From positions 1 through 64,000 of the IMG/VR virus record IMGVR_UViG_3300034159_000051: a stretch of DNA of 64,000 nucleotides. One strand, given 5' to 3'. Under the pieces are notes generated by a model, which made no database searches, had not been told where the DNA came from, and was given only the letters and a program-made list of their open reading frames with translations. The translations under genes and the position numbers were made by a program. Positions 27,132-35,798 of the stretch are shown here, piece after piece. Positions within the stretch are counted from its first letter, which is position 1; each line of letters opens with the position of its first letter. The DNA comes from a virus.

Positions 27132-28943
27132 ATGAGCAACCTTCTCGAAACCCTCCTGATCGAAATCGGGCTCGACCCGGACAAGTTTCTGGGCGGGATG
27201 GCGCAAACCCTTGAGGCGTCCAAAAAGGGCAAGGAGGCCATCCTCAAAGACGCCAACAAAATCGAGCAGGCGCAAAACAAGGCCGCCGACGCCGTCAACA
27301 AATTGAAGCGTGAGGTCCAGGGCTTCCTGTCGATCATCGCGGGCGGCTACAGCGCCGCGGCCATCGCCAATTTTGTGACCAACCTCGCCAACGCCGACGC
27401 GGCGGCCGGGCGTCTTGCGGCGAATATCGGCATGCTTCCGGAGAAGCTCCAGGCGTATGGCCTCGCCGCCGAGCGCATGGGCGGCGACAAAAACGCGGCG
27501 ATGAACTCGGTCAGAAACGTTCGCGACATGATCACGCGGACGGAGACGGGCGGCCAGCTGCCCTTGTCCTTCTTCCAACTCGGAAGCCAAGGCCTCGGCG
27601 GTGGCAGCATCCCCTACGGAGCCGGCGTCAGTTTTGAAAATCAGACCATGCCGAAGATCGCCGAGGCGCTCTACAACATGGCCAACGGCAACGCCGCGCT
27701 TGGCGTCGCCGCCAACCGGCCGCGCGCAAGCCAATACGGCCGCGATCTCGGCATGGACGACAATTTCGTCAACCTCTTAATGAAGGAGGGCCGGCCCGGC
27801 TGGGAGAAGCTCGAAAAACTCAGCAAGACGCTGGTCGCAAAAAAGGAAGACATCGAAGCGGCGGAACAACTGCAAGAGGCGTGGTGGACCTTAAAACAGA
27901 CCGTCACTCGCCTAATGACAATCATATCAACAAAACTCAATCCTCTTTTTACCGGCGTCCTGAAGTTTCTTACTGATGTTTTTGTCGCATTGGGAGGATT
28001 GGAGACTCCAAAAGAGCGAGAGGAATACAACAAGCTGCGCGATGAACAATACAAGAGGGAGCACCCGGACGGGCCGCCTTTGGCTCCAAGCAAGATCTTC
28101 CCTGAACTCTTTGGGGGAAATACTTCAGGAGGAGCGGGAGCGGATGCTCCGCAGGTAAGTCAACCAAGCGATTCCGCAGGAGGCTCGCCGCCGGCCGCCA
28201 CCGTTGCGCCAGCAGAATCGCCTCCGCCGTCTGCGCCGTCCAGCTCATCATCGCCAACGGGCGCGCCTGCGCCATCGGGCGGCAATCAGCCGAAGATGCA
28301 AGACCGCCTGTTGCCAGAGCAAAAACGGGCGCCGGGCGTGTGGAATTGGTTCAAGCGCCGATTGAACACGGGTGGATATGAATCGACGGCGCCGCAAGGC
28401 GAGCAACCCAAAACGCTGGACATATCGCCGAAGGATTTCGAATCGCAGGCTCCGTCCGGGGCTTCAGGCTCTGGGCCGAAGACGCAAGACCGCCTGCCCG
28501 AGGGAGCGACGGGATCTGCCGGAAATTCGTCCGCCTGGGATCCCTTTATCGGATCGAAGGACGTGAAACGCGGCGGCGATCTCCCAAGTCAATACGACGC
28601 CTTCATGAAAGATTTGGGGAACCAAGGGATCAAAGACGTCCCGTCGCTCGGCTCTCCTTCCTCGCGGTCCCCTATCCGCAGGTACATGGAGAGGAGAAGG
28701 TCCGCCGAAAATATCGGGGCGTGGCACGCCGCCATGGCGAGCGCCGGCCCAGGAGGGGCGTCGCTCTCTGCGGCGCGGAGCGCAGCCGTCGGGAACATGA
28801 CGACGAACCAGTCGAGCATGAACATCCTGGGGCCGATTCAATTCCACGGGGTCGGGGATGATCCGCGCGGCTTATCTCCGATCGTGAGGCCGGCGCTCAA
28901 GCGCCAGAGTTACGGCTACTGCAGCAACCAAGGAGCGTGTTAG
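27132..28943 (+). CDS. Tape-measure-like protein 2 (paralog) with Pro/Ser-rich C-terminal half
   Basis: N-terminal about 280 aa aligns by eye with 24573 (LIEIGLDPDKF, DAA.GR.AANIG, G.AAER.GG, L.EAW..L.QT). Confidence 0.8.
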   Translation: MSNLLETLLIEIGLDPDKFLGGMAQTLEASKKGKEAILKDANKIEQAQNKAADAVNKLKREVQGFLSIIAGGYSAAAIANFVTNLANADAAAGRLAANIGMLPEKLQAYGLAAERMGGDKNAAMNSVRNVRDMITRTETGGQLPLSFFQLGSQGLGGGSIPYGAGVSFENQTMPKIAEALYNMANGNAALGVAANRPRASQYGRDLGMDDNFVNLLMKEGRPGWEKLEKLSKTLVAKKEDIEAAEQLQEAWWTLKQTVTRLMTIISTKLNPLFTGVLKFLTDVFVALGGLETPKEREEYNKLRDEQYKREHPDGPPLAPSKIFPELFGGNTSGGAGADAPQVSQPSDSAGGSPPAATVAPAESPPPSAPSSSSSPTGAPAPSGGNQPKMQDRLLPEQKRAPGVWNWFKRRLNTGGYESTAPQGEQPKTLDISPKDFESQAPSGASGSGPKTQDRLPEGATGSAGNSSAWDPFIGSKDVKRGGDLPSQYDAFMKDLGNQGIKDVPSLGSPSSRSPIRRYMERRRSAENIGAWHAAMASAGPGGASLSAARSAAVGNMTTNQSSMNILGPIQFHGVGDDPRGLSPIVRPALKRQSYGYCSNQGAC

Positions 28944-28945
28944 AA

Positions 28946-29548
28946 ATGGCCGATGTCGTCGCTGGCTTCCCGACGCTCCTGACCGGCGCGCTGACATCTT
29001 TTTCCAATATCACGTTTCTGACGACCGATCTTGTTTCAGGCCTCGGCTACTCGAATGGATCGCAATGGGGTCTTTTTTCGAAGGGGAGGGCCATCATAAG
29101 CGCCGACACCGTTCTTAGCTTCGCATACAAGCAGGAATGGGTGATCGCTAATTATCCGCTTGAGCAAGGCGCTTTCGAAACCTACGACAAGGTCTCGACC
29201 CCTTATGACGTTCGCATCAGGTTTGTGAAAGGCGGGTCTGATTCGGCCCGATCGAAATTCCTTTCGTCGATCGCGTCGATCGCTGGGGATTACAAGCTGT
29301 ACGACGCCGTGGTCCCGGAGGCGGTCTATACCTCCTGCAATGTGCGGCATTATGATTTTCACCGCACATCGCAAAACGGTCTCGGCCTACTGATGGTCGA
29401 CGTTTTCCTGCAGCAGGTCCGGTTGATCGCGAGCGGGGGATCGAGCATCGCTTCGGCGATTTCCGGCGCGACGTCCACCGTGAACGGGCAGGTAAGCACA
29501 ACCGCGGCGACCGGCGCACAAACCTCTCAAGCAACGGGGACGCGATAA
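28946..29548 (+). CDS. Baseplate/tube initiator protein
   Basis: WG.F, YP.EQG.F..Y.KV..P, Y..V.PE.VY motifs. Confidence 0.75.
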   Translation: MADVVAGFPTLLTGALTSFSNITFLTTDLVSGLGYSNGSQWGLFSKGRAIISADTVLSFAYKQEWVIANYPLEQGAFETYDKVSTPYDVRIRFVKGGSDSARSKFLSSIASIAGDYKLYDAVVPEAVYTSCNVRHYDFHRTSQNGLGLLMVDVFLQQVRLIASGGSSIASAISGATSTVNGQVSTTAATGAQTSQATGTR

Positions 29549-29859
29549 TGCGGATCATCCCTTTGAGCGCAACGCCGAGCCAAACGCTGCTCGTCGATCT
29601 GGCGAGCCAGCAATGCCAGATCGACATCTATCAGAAATTGACGGGCGTTTACTGTGATTTTCGGATCAACAATTCGACAGCGGCGACCGTAGCCGGGCGC
29701 ATCTGCCTCGACCGGACCTTGATTGTGCGTGAAGACTATTTGGGGTTTTCCGGCGATATCGCCTTTGTCGATCAGCGTGGAGAAAGCGACCCGGATTACA
29801 CGGGATTCGGAAGCCGCTTCCTCCTTTACTATTTCGAAAAATCCGATCTCCAGGCTTAG
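29548..29859 (+). CDS. Small baseplate protein
   Basis: IPL..PSQ.L.V.L..Q.C, YLGF.GD..F.D..G..DP.Y.G.GSRF.L.Y. Confidence 0.8.
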   Translation: MRIIPLSATPSQTLLVDLASQQCQIDIYQKLTGVYCDFRINNSTAATVAGRICLDRTLIVREDYLGFSGDIAFVDQRGESDPDYTGFGSRFLLYYFEKSDLQA

Positions 29860-29889
29860 GGAAAAGAAAGCGCCCAAAACGGAACATCC

Positions 29890-30750
29890 ATGACCTTTGT
29901 TTCACGGCAGATCAACATCTCCTTTATGGGCGGAGCCGGCATTTTCAAAGGGAACACTGATTTCACGGGCTTGCGCATTTCGGCGCATATCGACGGCCCC
30001 GGCGGAGAGGACGGCATGATCGCGTCCGCCGCGATCTGGGGCATGCCGCTTTCGACCATGAACCAGCTCTCGATCGTCGGGCGGCAGGTCTGGCAGGCGT
30101 CAAAAAACAAAGTCTCGATCATGGCCGGCGACGCCACAAGCGGAATGCGGCTTGTCTTCATCGGCGACATCACCTCGGCTTATGTTGACGCCCAATCTCA
30201 GCCCGATGTTTGCTTTCGCATCGAGGCGCGGCCGAACGGCTATTTCAATGCGGCGAACGCCGCCGTGACCAGCATCAAGGGGCAATCCGAAGCGGGCCAA
30301 GTCTTTCAGCAACTCGCGCAGAAATGCGGCCTCGGGTTCCAGAATTACGGCGTCAACGCGCAGCTGAGAAACCTGTACCTCCCAAGCTCATACGGCAAGC
30401 AAATCAAGCTTTTGGCGCGCATGGTCGGATGCGAGCACATCATCGATCGCGGGACGCTTTCCGTCTGGAAGCCGGGCGAGAACAAGGGCGGCAACACCTT
30501 CCTGTCGCGGCAAACCGGCATGGTTGGATATCCGGCTTTCGATCAACGCAACATTATCGTTCGTTCGATCTTCAACCCGGAGATTCGGAACCCGAACACG
30601 ATCACGGTTCAGAGCGACATAACCCCGGCCTGCGGCACTTGGCACATCAACCACGTCACCCACGAGATTGAGAGCCAAATGCCGAACGGGAAGTGGTTTA
30701 CGACTGTTTTAGCAAGCCCCCCAGGTAGCGACGGAGGAGCCGCGCCATGA
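29890..30750 (+). CDS. Baseplate hub protein
   Basis: IWGM....MN.L, I.AGD, F.G.I..A..D, GMVGYP, H.IES..PNG.W. Confidence 0.8.
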   Translation: MTFVSRQINISFMGGAGIFKGNTDFTGLRISAHIDGPGGEDGMIASAAIWGMPLSTMNQLSIVGRQVWQASKNKVSIMAGDATSGMRLVFIGDITSAYVDAQSQPDVCFRIEARPNGYFNAANAAVTSIKGQSEAGQVFQQLAQKCGLGFQNYGVNAQLRNLYLPSSYGKQIKLLARMVGCEHIIDRGTLSVWKPGENKGGNTFLSRQTGMVGYPAFDQRNIIVRSIFNPEIRNPNTITVQSDITPACGTWHINHVTHEIESQMPNGKWFTTVLASPPGSDGGAAP

Positions 30751-31724
30751 GCGAAGGATCAGGCGGAGGAGAGAGCGCCGTCGGCTGGCTCGGCGCAAGC
30801 GACCCGAACTCCGCGCACAACCTGCATCATTTTCACGTTCGCCAGCACGTCGCCCACATCCGCACGAATTGTCCTGTCGAGATCAAAGCCGTCCACAAAG
30901 ACAACGACGGAAATTACACCGTCGATGTGCAGCCACTCGTCCACCAGACCGACGGCGGCGGAAACACGCAAGAGCATGGCACGGTCTATGGAATCCCTGT
31001 TCATGCGGCGACCGGGAAAAACGGATCGCACCTAATCGCGCCGACCGTCGGCGACAAGGGATGGATCGCCATCGGAGACAGGGATCATTCCTCGGTCCTT
31101 GCATCCGGGAAGGCGTCGCCGCCTGGGTCGCGCCGCCAGCACAGCTTTTCGGACTCTTATTACAAGGGAGGCTTCGGATCCCTGAATAAGCCCGATAACT
31201 CCATCACCCAGGATGGGGATGGGGTTACCCACAAAACAAAGAAGAGCCACACCTTCAACGCCGACGAAGACCACACCGTCAACGCCAAGAAAACAAACAT
31301 CAATTCCCCAACAGAAGGCGTCAACATCAAGGGCGACCTGAAACCGCGCGACGGGAGCTGGAACCTCGGAACAGCTGGGAACGCCTGGAACGGCGGCACG
31401 GTTCAAAATGCCTTCTCCGTCATTTCGGATCAGCGCGAGAAAATCGTCGATGCGGCGCCGCCGCTCGGTCTGAGCTTCGTTCTTTCGCTCCGGCCCGTTT
31501 CTTACCGCTGGGCGGACGGCGGCCGGCGGCGGCATTGGGGTTTGCTGGCGCAGGAGGTCAAAGCCTCTCTCGATGCGGCGGGCGTCGATTTTGGTGGCTG
31601 GGTGCTCGCCGACGTCGCGGATCCCGAAAGCCGGCAGGCGCTTCGTTATGAGGAATTCATCGCGCCTTTGATCAGGGCCGTGCAGGAGCTAACGGCTCGC
31701 ATCGAGGAGCTTGAGAAGCAATGA
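30747..31724 (+). CDS. Baseplate central spike (Gp138-like N-terminus) with C-terminal intramolecular chaperone (peptidase S74)
   Basis: TVDVQPLV.Q, P.VGD.G....DRD.S, R.HSFSD; then SD.REK, LRPVSY.W, G.LAQEV, LRYEEFIAPLI.AVQEL. Confidence 0.8.
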   Translation: MSEGSGGGESAVGWLGASDPNSAHNLHHFHVRQHVAHIRTNCPVEIKAVHKDNDGNYTVDVQPLVHQTDGGGNTQEHGTVYGIPVHAATGKNGSHLIAPTVGDKGWIAIGDRDHSSVLASGKASPPGSRRQHSFSDSYYKGGFGSLNKPDNSITQDGDGVTHKTKKSHTFNADEDHTVNAKKTNINSPTEGVNIKGDLKPRDGSWNLGTAGNAWNGGTVQNAFSVISDQREKIVDAAPPLGLSFVLSLRPVSYRWADGGRRRHWGLLAQEVKASLDAAGVDFGGWVLADVADPESRQALRYEEFIAPLIRAVQELTARIEELEKQ

Positions 31725-32077
31725 GCTATCAATCGATCCTGATCGACAACGAGGCCAATGATTTAGTGCTCGACATCTACGGCAACATCGCCGTTTGCGA
31801 CGAGCCGTACCGCCTCGCCCAGGACGCCGCGTGCGCATGCCGCCTGTTCCAGGGCGAACTCTATTACGACACCACGCAAGGCATCCCCTATTGGAGCCAA
31901 ATCCTGGGTCATTGGCCGCCGATCTCTCTCGTTAAGGCCTACCTCCAACAGGCCGCCCTCACCGTGCCCGGCGTCGTCTCCGCGGTCGTTTACATCACCG
32001 ATTTTAGCGACCGCAAATTAACCGGGCAGGTGCAGGTGACGGATCAATCTGGCAATATAACCGCCGCGGGCTTCTAA
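31721..32077 (+). CDS. Baseplate wedge protein (gp25-like sheath initiator)
   Basis: DL.LD..GNIA, AQD.A.ACRLF.GE..YDT..GIPY. Confidence 0.85.
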   Translation: MSYQSILIDNEANDLVLDIYGNIAVCDEPYRLAQDAACACRLFQGELYYDTTQGIPYWSQILGHWPPISLVKAYLQQAALTVPGVVSAVVYITDFSDRKLTGQVQVTDQSGNITAAGF

Positions 32078-32081
32078 AAAC

Positions 32082-33569
32082 ATGGCAACCACAACGAATG
32101 TCCCGGCCCCTGTGTTGGGCGAAAACGGCTGCGCGGTCCCCGCTGAAAGCGAAATCCTTGCTGGCGTTCAGTCTGACATCAACGCCTCTTTCGGTAGCAA
32201 CTTAAACTTCACCACGACGTCTGGCGGCCGCACGAACCCGACGCCGCAGGGCCAACTCTCCAATTCGATGACGGCCATGCTTGGCTTTGTCAATGACATG
32301 TACCTGTTTTTCTGCAATCAAACAGATCCGGCCTATGCGTCAGGGCGCTTTCAAGACGCCATCGGGCGCATCTATTACATCGATCGGATCAAGTCGGAGC
32401 CGACCGTTCTCCAGGTCTCCTGCATCGGCCTACAGGACGTCCCGATCCCGGTAAATGCTACAGTCCGGGACCAATCCGGCAACATCTACAGATGCACGAC
32501 GGCAGGCGTCATCCCGTCGACAGGGGCGATCACGCTCCCTTTTTCATGCACCGTTGACGGGCCGATCGCCACGCCGTCCGATATCGAGATTTATCAGTCC
32601 ATCAGCGGATGGGATTCGGTGACGCTTATCTCAAGCGTCGTCGGGCAGGACGTCGAGAACCGCGCCAATTTCGAGACGCGCCGCTCCGAATCGACCGCGC
32701 TGAATTCGCGCGCCATGATCCAGTCGATCCGCGCCGCGCTTCGGGCGCTTCCAGGCGTAATCGACGCTTACGCCTACGATAATGATTTGGCGACATCGGC
32801 AACTATCCAAAATGTCACCATCCCGCCCCACTCGATTTATATCGCAGTCACGGGCGGGGACTCGGCGCAAATCGCGCAGACGATCTGGGCAAAAAAAGGC
32901 CCCGGCGCGCCTTACTATGTCGGGAGCGGGACGACAGCCATCGAAATCCAGGACACCGATGGATACGTCCCTCCCTATCCGACCTACACGGTGTCGTACC
33001 AAGTCCCGAACGATCTGCAAATTCTGATCAAAGTCAATCTGCTCAATACGCAGTACGTTCCAGGGAACGCGGCAAGCCTTGTTCAGCAGGCCATCTTGGC
33101 GTCATTCTCCGGTGGAGACGGCGGACCGATTGCCGGGCGCATCGCCGGCGAGTTGTTGGCTAGCCGCTTCTACGCATCCATCGCCTCCGCGACGATCAAC
33201 GGCGAGATGAACCCTCACTATCTTTCATGGGCGCAAATCCTCTCGATCAAGATCGGGTCGCCGAACTCGGCCGCAGCCTCTTTCACCGGCTCAATCGGCG
33301 CGTCGACCCTGACAGTCACAAGCGTTGCGGATGGAACGCTGGCCGTCGGGCAGACCCTGTTTTCCGCAACGGGCGGCGTTATCGCAGGAACGACCATTAC
33401 AGCCCTTGTGAGTGGCTCTGGAGGCACCGGAACCTATACGGTATCGGCGGCGCAAACAGTCGCCTTGAGGGCTATGACGGGCGTTGTGGCGACCCTTGAC
33501 GCGATTGTGCCGAACCTCGATCAAATCCCGACAACATCGGCGCCGCTCATAAGCGTCGCGCTGGCTTAA
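32082..33569 (+). CDS. Baseplate J-like protein
   Basis: [36 protein letters not shown]. Confidence 0.9.
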   Translation: MATTTNVPAPVLGENGCAVPAESEILAGVQSDINASFGSNLNFTTTSGGRTNPTPQGQLSNSMTAMLGFVNDMYLFFCNQTDPAYASGRFQDAIGRIYYIDRIKSEPTVLQVSCIGLQDVPIPVNATVRDQSGNIYRCTTAGVIPSTGAITLPFSCTVDGPIATPSDIEIYQSISGWDSVTLISSVVGQDVENRANFETRRSESTALNSRAMIQSIRAALRALPGVIDAYAYDNDLATSATIQNVTIPPHSIYIAVTGGDSAQIAQTIWAKKGPGAPYYVGSGTTAIEIQDTDGYVPPYPTYTVSYQVPNDLQILIKVNLLNTQYVPGNAASLVQQAILASFSGGDGGPIAGRIAGELLASRFYASIASATINGEMNPHYLSWAQILSIKIGSPNSAAASFTGSIGASTLTVTSVADGTLAVGQTLFSATGGVIAGTTITALVSGSGGTGTYTVSAAQTVALRAMTGVVATLDAIVPNLDQIPTTSAPLISVALA

Positions 33570-33586
33570 GGGATTAGAAAAAAAAG

Positions 33587-34477
33587 ATGACAGGATTCTC
33601 CCCGATCTCCACGTCTCCTGTTGGAGACCCATTCCTTTCCACATTCACACCAAACGCTTCGTCGGAAAAAACCAGCGGTCCGGATTACCCATTTCCGGGC
33701 GGGCCTGGATCAAACGGGGTTGGGTTGGCCGCGATCGGCGTTGCTCCGACCGGCGACATCTCGCTTTTCGCCTTTTGGGATACGGTTTGCTCCCAATACG
33801 CCAACGCTCCGATTATGATGGGGATTTTGCAGCGCTTCCGCGAAGCGGTGGACCCTACAGAGCGGTTCGATGTGTGGTTTGACGATGTCTGGAACATCCA
33901 GACGGCGAAAGATGTCGGACTCGACATATGGGGCCGCATAGTCGGCGTCAACCGCTGCCTAAAGGTGGCGATCCCTTCATATTTCGGCTTTGCCGAGGCG
34001 CTTCCTTCGTCTCTGACCTGGAACACGGGGGAATCCCCATCGAACACGGGGGAATCCCTCTTTCAGTATGGCGGCTCCTTCTACGCAGGCGGGAATCTGA
34101 CTGAGAATTATCGCCTGGAGACGGAAAGCTACAGGCGCTTGATCTTGGCCAAAGCCGCGCAGAACATCACGAACTGCTCGATCCCGCATATCAATCAAAT
34201 CCTGCTGCGCCTGTTCCCAAACCGCGGGAACGCCTACGTTACGGACGGGTATAAAAGCGATCGATATTTTGGCTTCGCCGAATCGCGAAACGCCCTGACG
34301 TTCGGAGAAGGCGTCTTTTATAATGGGCAAAGCGTCCCGACCATGATCATGAGTTATGTTTTTGAGTTTCCTCTGACATCTGTCGAATTGGCTATCGTTA
34401 CGCAGTCCGGCGTGCTCCCGAGGCCGACCGGCGTCCATGCATCCGTCATCGTTAACGGCGTCACGGTCCTGCCCTGA
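33587..34477 (+). CDS. Baseplate wedge protein (DUF2612 family) with N-terminal extension
   Basis: SQYAN.P, WNI.TA...GLDIWGRIVGV.R, YR.LILAKA..NI, LPRPTGV. Confidence 0.9.
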   Translation: MTGFSPISTSPVGDPFLSTFTPNASSEKTSGPDYPFPGGPGSNGVGLAAIGVAPTGDISLFAFWDTVCSQYANAPIMMGILQRFREAVDPTERFDVWFDDVWNIQTAKDVGLDIWGRIVGVNRCLKVAIPSYFGFAEALPSSLTWNTGESPSNTGESLFQYGGSFYAGGNLTENYRLETESYRRLILAKAAQNITNCSIPHINQILLRLFPNRGNAYVTDGYKSDRYFGFAESRNALTFGEGVFYNGQSVPTMIMSYVFEFPLTSVELAIVTQSGVLPRPTGVHASVIVNGVTVLP

Positions 34478-34506
34478 CGCGCAGCCGAAATCGCCTTCAC
34501 CAAAAC

Positions 34507-34530
34507 ACCGCCGCTTCGGCGGTTTTTTTT
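34507..34530 (+). terminator. Rho-independent terminator
   Basis: ACCGCC-GCTTC-GGCGGT followed by a T-run. Confidence 0.85.
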
Positions 34531-34551
34531 ACGCCCAAAGGTGGACATCCT

Positions 34552-35778
34552 ATGAAGCTTTCTGCCGTTCCCTACAAAATCCCCGTGGTTTGGGCGCAAA
34601 ATGCGGGAGTTGGTTATATCACCAATCCTATTCCGCAAACATCGCAAATCGGCGTTGTCGCGGGTCGGGCTTCCTGGCCGGATGGTTTCGTGCCCGCCAG
34701 CTTTGTTCCGACTGGATCAGGCGGGACGCCTCCCTGGGGGCAGGATTTCAACGGCGTCCTCAACATCGTTACAGCGTGGTCGCGATGGTATAATGCGGGC
34801 GGAACAGTTCTTTATGACCTTTCCTTTTCGAACACTATCGGCGGGTATCCGCGCGGCGCGATCTTGGGGTCCGCAGTAGCTGGTCAGCTTTGGCTCAACA
34901 CGATCGACGATAATACAACAAATCCCGACGCAGTTGGCGCGGTCGGCTGGATCGCCATCATCACCCAGGCCGCCGTCAAGCCGTCAGCCGTCATTGATTT
35001 TTACGTGAACGGCGCCATCGGAAACGACGCCAACGACGGATTGGCGAACACAGTAGGCCATGCCTTTGCGACCCTTCAGGGAGCCGTCAATTCGATCACA
35101 TCGAAATACATCGCGCTATATCAGGCTGTGCTCCATGTGTCCGACGGAACCTATGCTGGCGTCAGCATCGGGCCGTCCGCGGTCGCAAATTGGTCTCTCG
35201 TGGGAAACACGGCGATACCCTCCAGCTGCCTCATCTCCGCGACCAATACCTCCAATAATAAAGGCAGAGCCGTCTATGTAAGCGGGGGGTCCGCCAGCGT
35301 CGCGCTCGATGGATTCATATACCAATCTTATTTTGAGAACGTCGTGTCCAACGGGGCTCTTGTCACGTTTTCCGGTTCGTGCGGGTTCAACGCGCCGACA
35401 AGCGCCTTTATTGGTCTTGGCGCTTATTACGGTGGACGCATCGTTCTTTGCGGATCGCACACCTATACCGGCGCATTCTCAAGCTTCATCTTCGCGTCAA
35501 ATAGCGCTTTGATTTTGGTTGGAGACTCCGACGGCATTACAAATCGACCTCTAACATTGACGGCTTCCGGAACGCCGTCATTCTCCGGCGCTTTTGCGGG
35601 TTGCACAGCAGGCGGCTCATTGAGGTTCTATCCAGGTCTTGTGACTTTCGCCGGGTCAGCGACCGGGCCACGCTATGCAGCCACGCTAAATGGGACGATC
35701 GACACCAATGGCGCCGGCGCGAGCTTCCTGCCGGGAACTCTGGGCGGAGGGACTTCGACAGGCGGGCAATATTACTAA
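34552..35778 (+). CDS. Tail fibre (baseplate-attached)
   Basis: IP..WA, AS..DGF...GG.PP.GQDFNGVL, IGGYP.GA.L; FYVNG..GND.NDG. Confidence 0.85.
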   Translation: MKLSAVPYKIPVVWAQNAGVGYITNPIPQTSQIGVVAGRASWPDGFVPASFVPTGSGGTPPWGQDFNGVLNIVTAWSRWYNAGGTVLYDLSFSNTIGGYPRGAILGSAVAGQLWLNTIDDNTTNPDAVGAVGWIAIITQAAVKPSAVIDFYVNGAIGNDANDGLANTVGHAFATLQGAVNSITSKYIALYQAVLHVSDGTYAGVSIGPSAVANWSLVGNTAIPSSCLISATNTSNNKGRAVYVSGGSASVALDGFIYQSYFENVVSNGALVTFSGSCGFNAPTSAFIGLGAYYGGRIVLCGSHTYTGAFSSFIFASNSALILVGDSDGITNRPLTLTASGTPSFSGAFAGCTAGGSLRFYPGLVTFAGSATGPRYAATLNGTIDTNGAGASFLPGTLGGGTSTGGQYY

Positions 35779-35798
35779 TACGGAGTTCTGATTGAATC

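Noticed and set aside
34021-34058. 17-bp direct repeat GAACACGGGGGAATCCC, 21-bp period
   Set aside because: It is an in-frame micro-duplication (NTGES twice) in a probable loop, with no sign of regulatory function.
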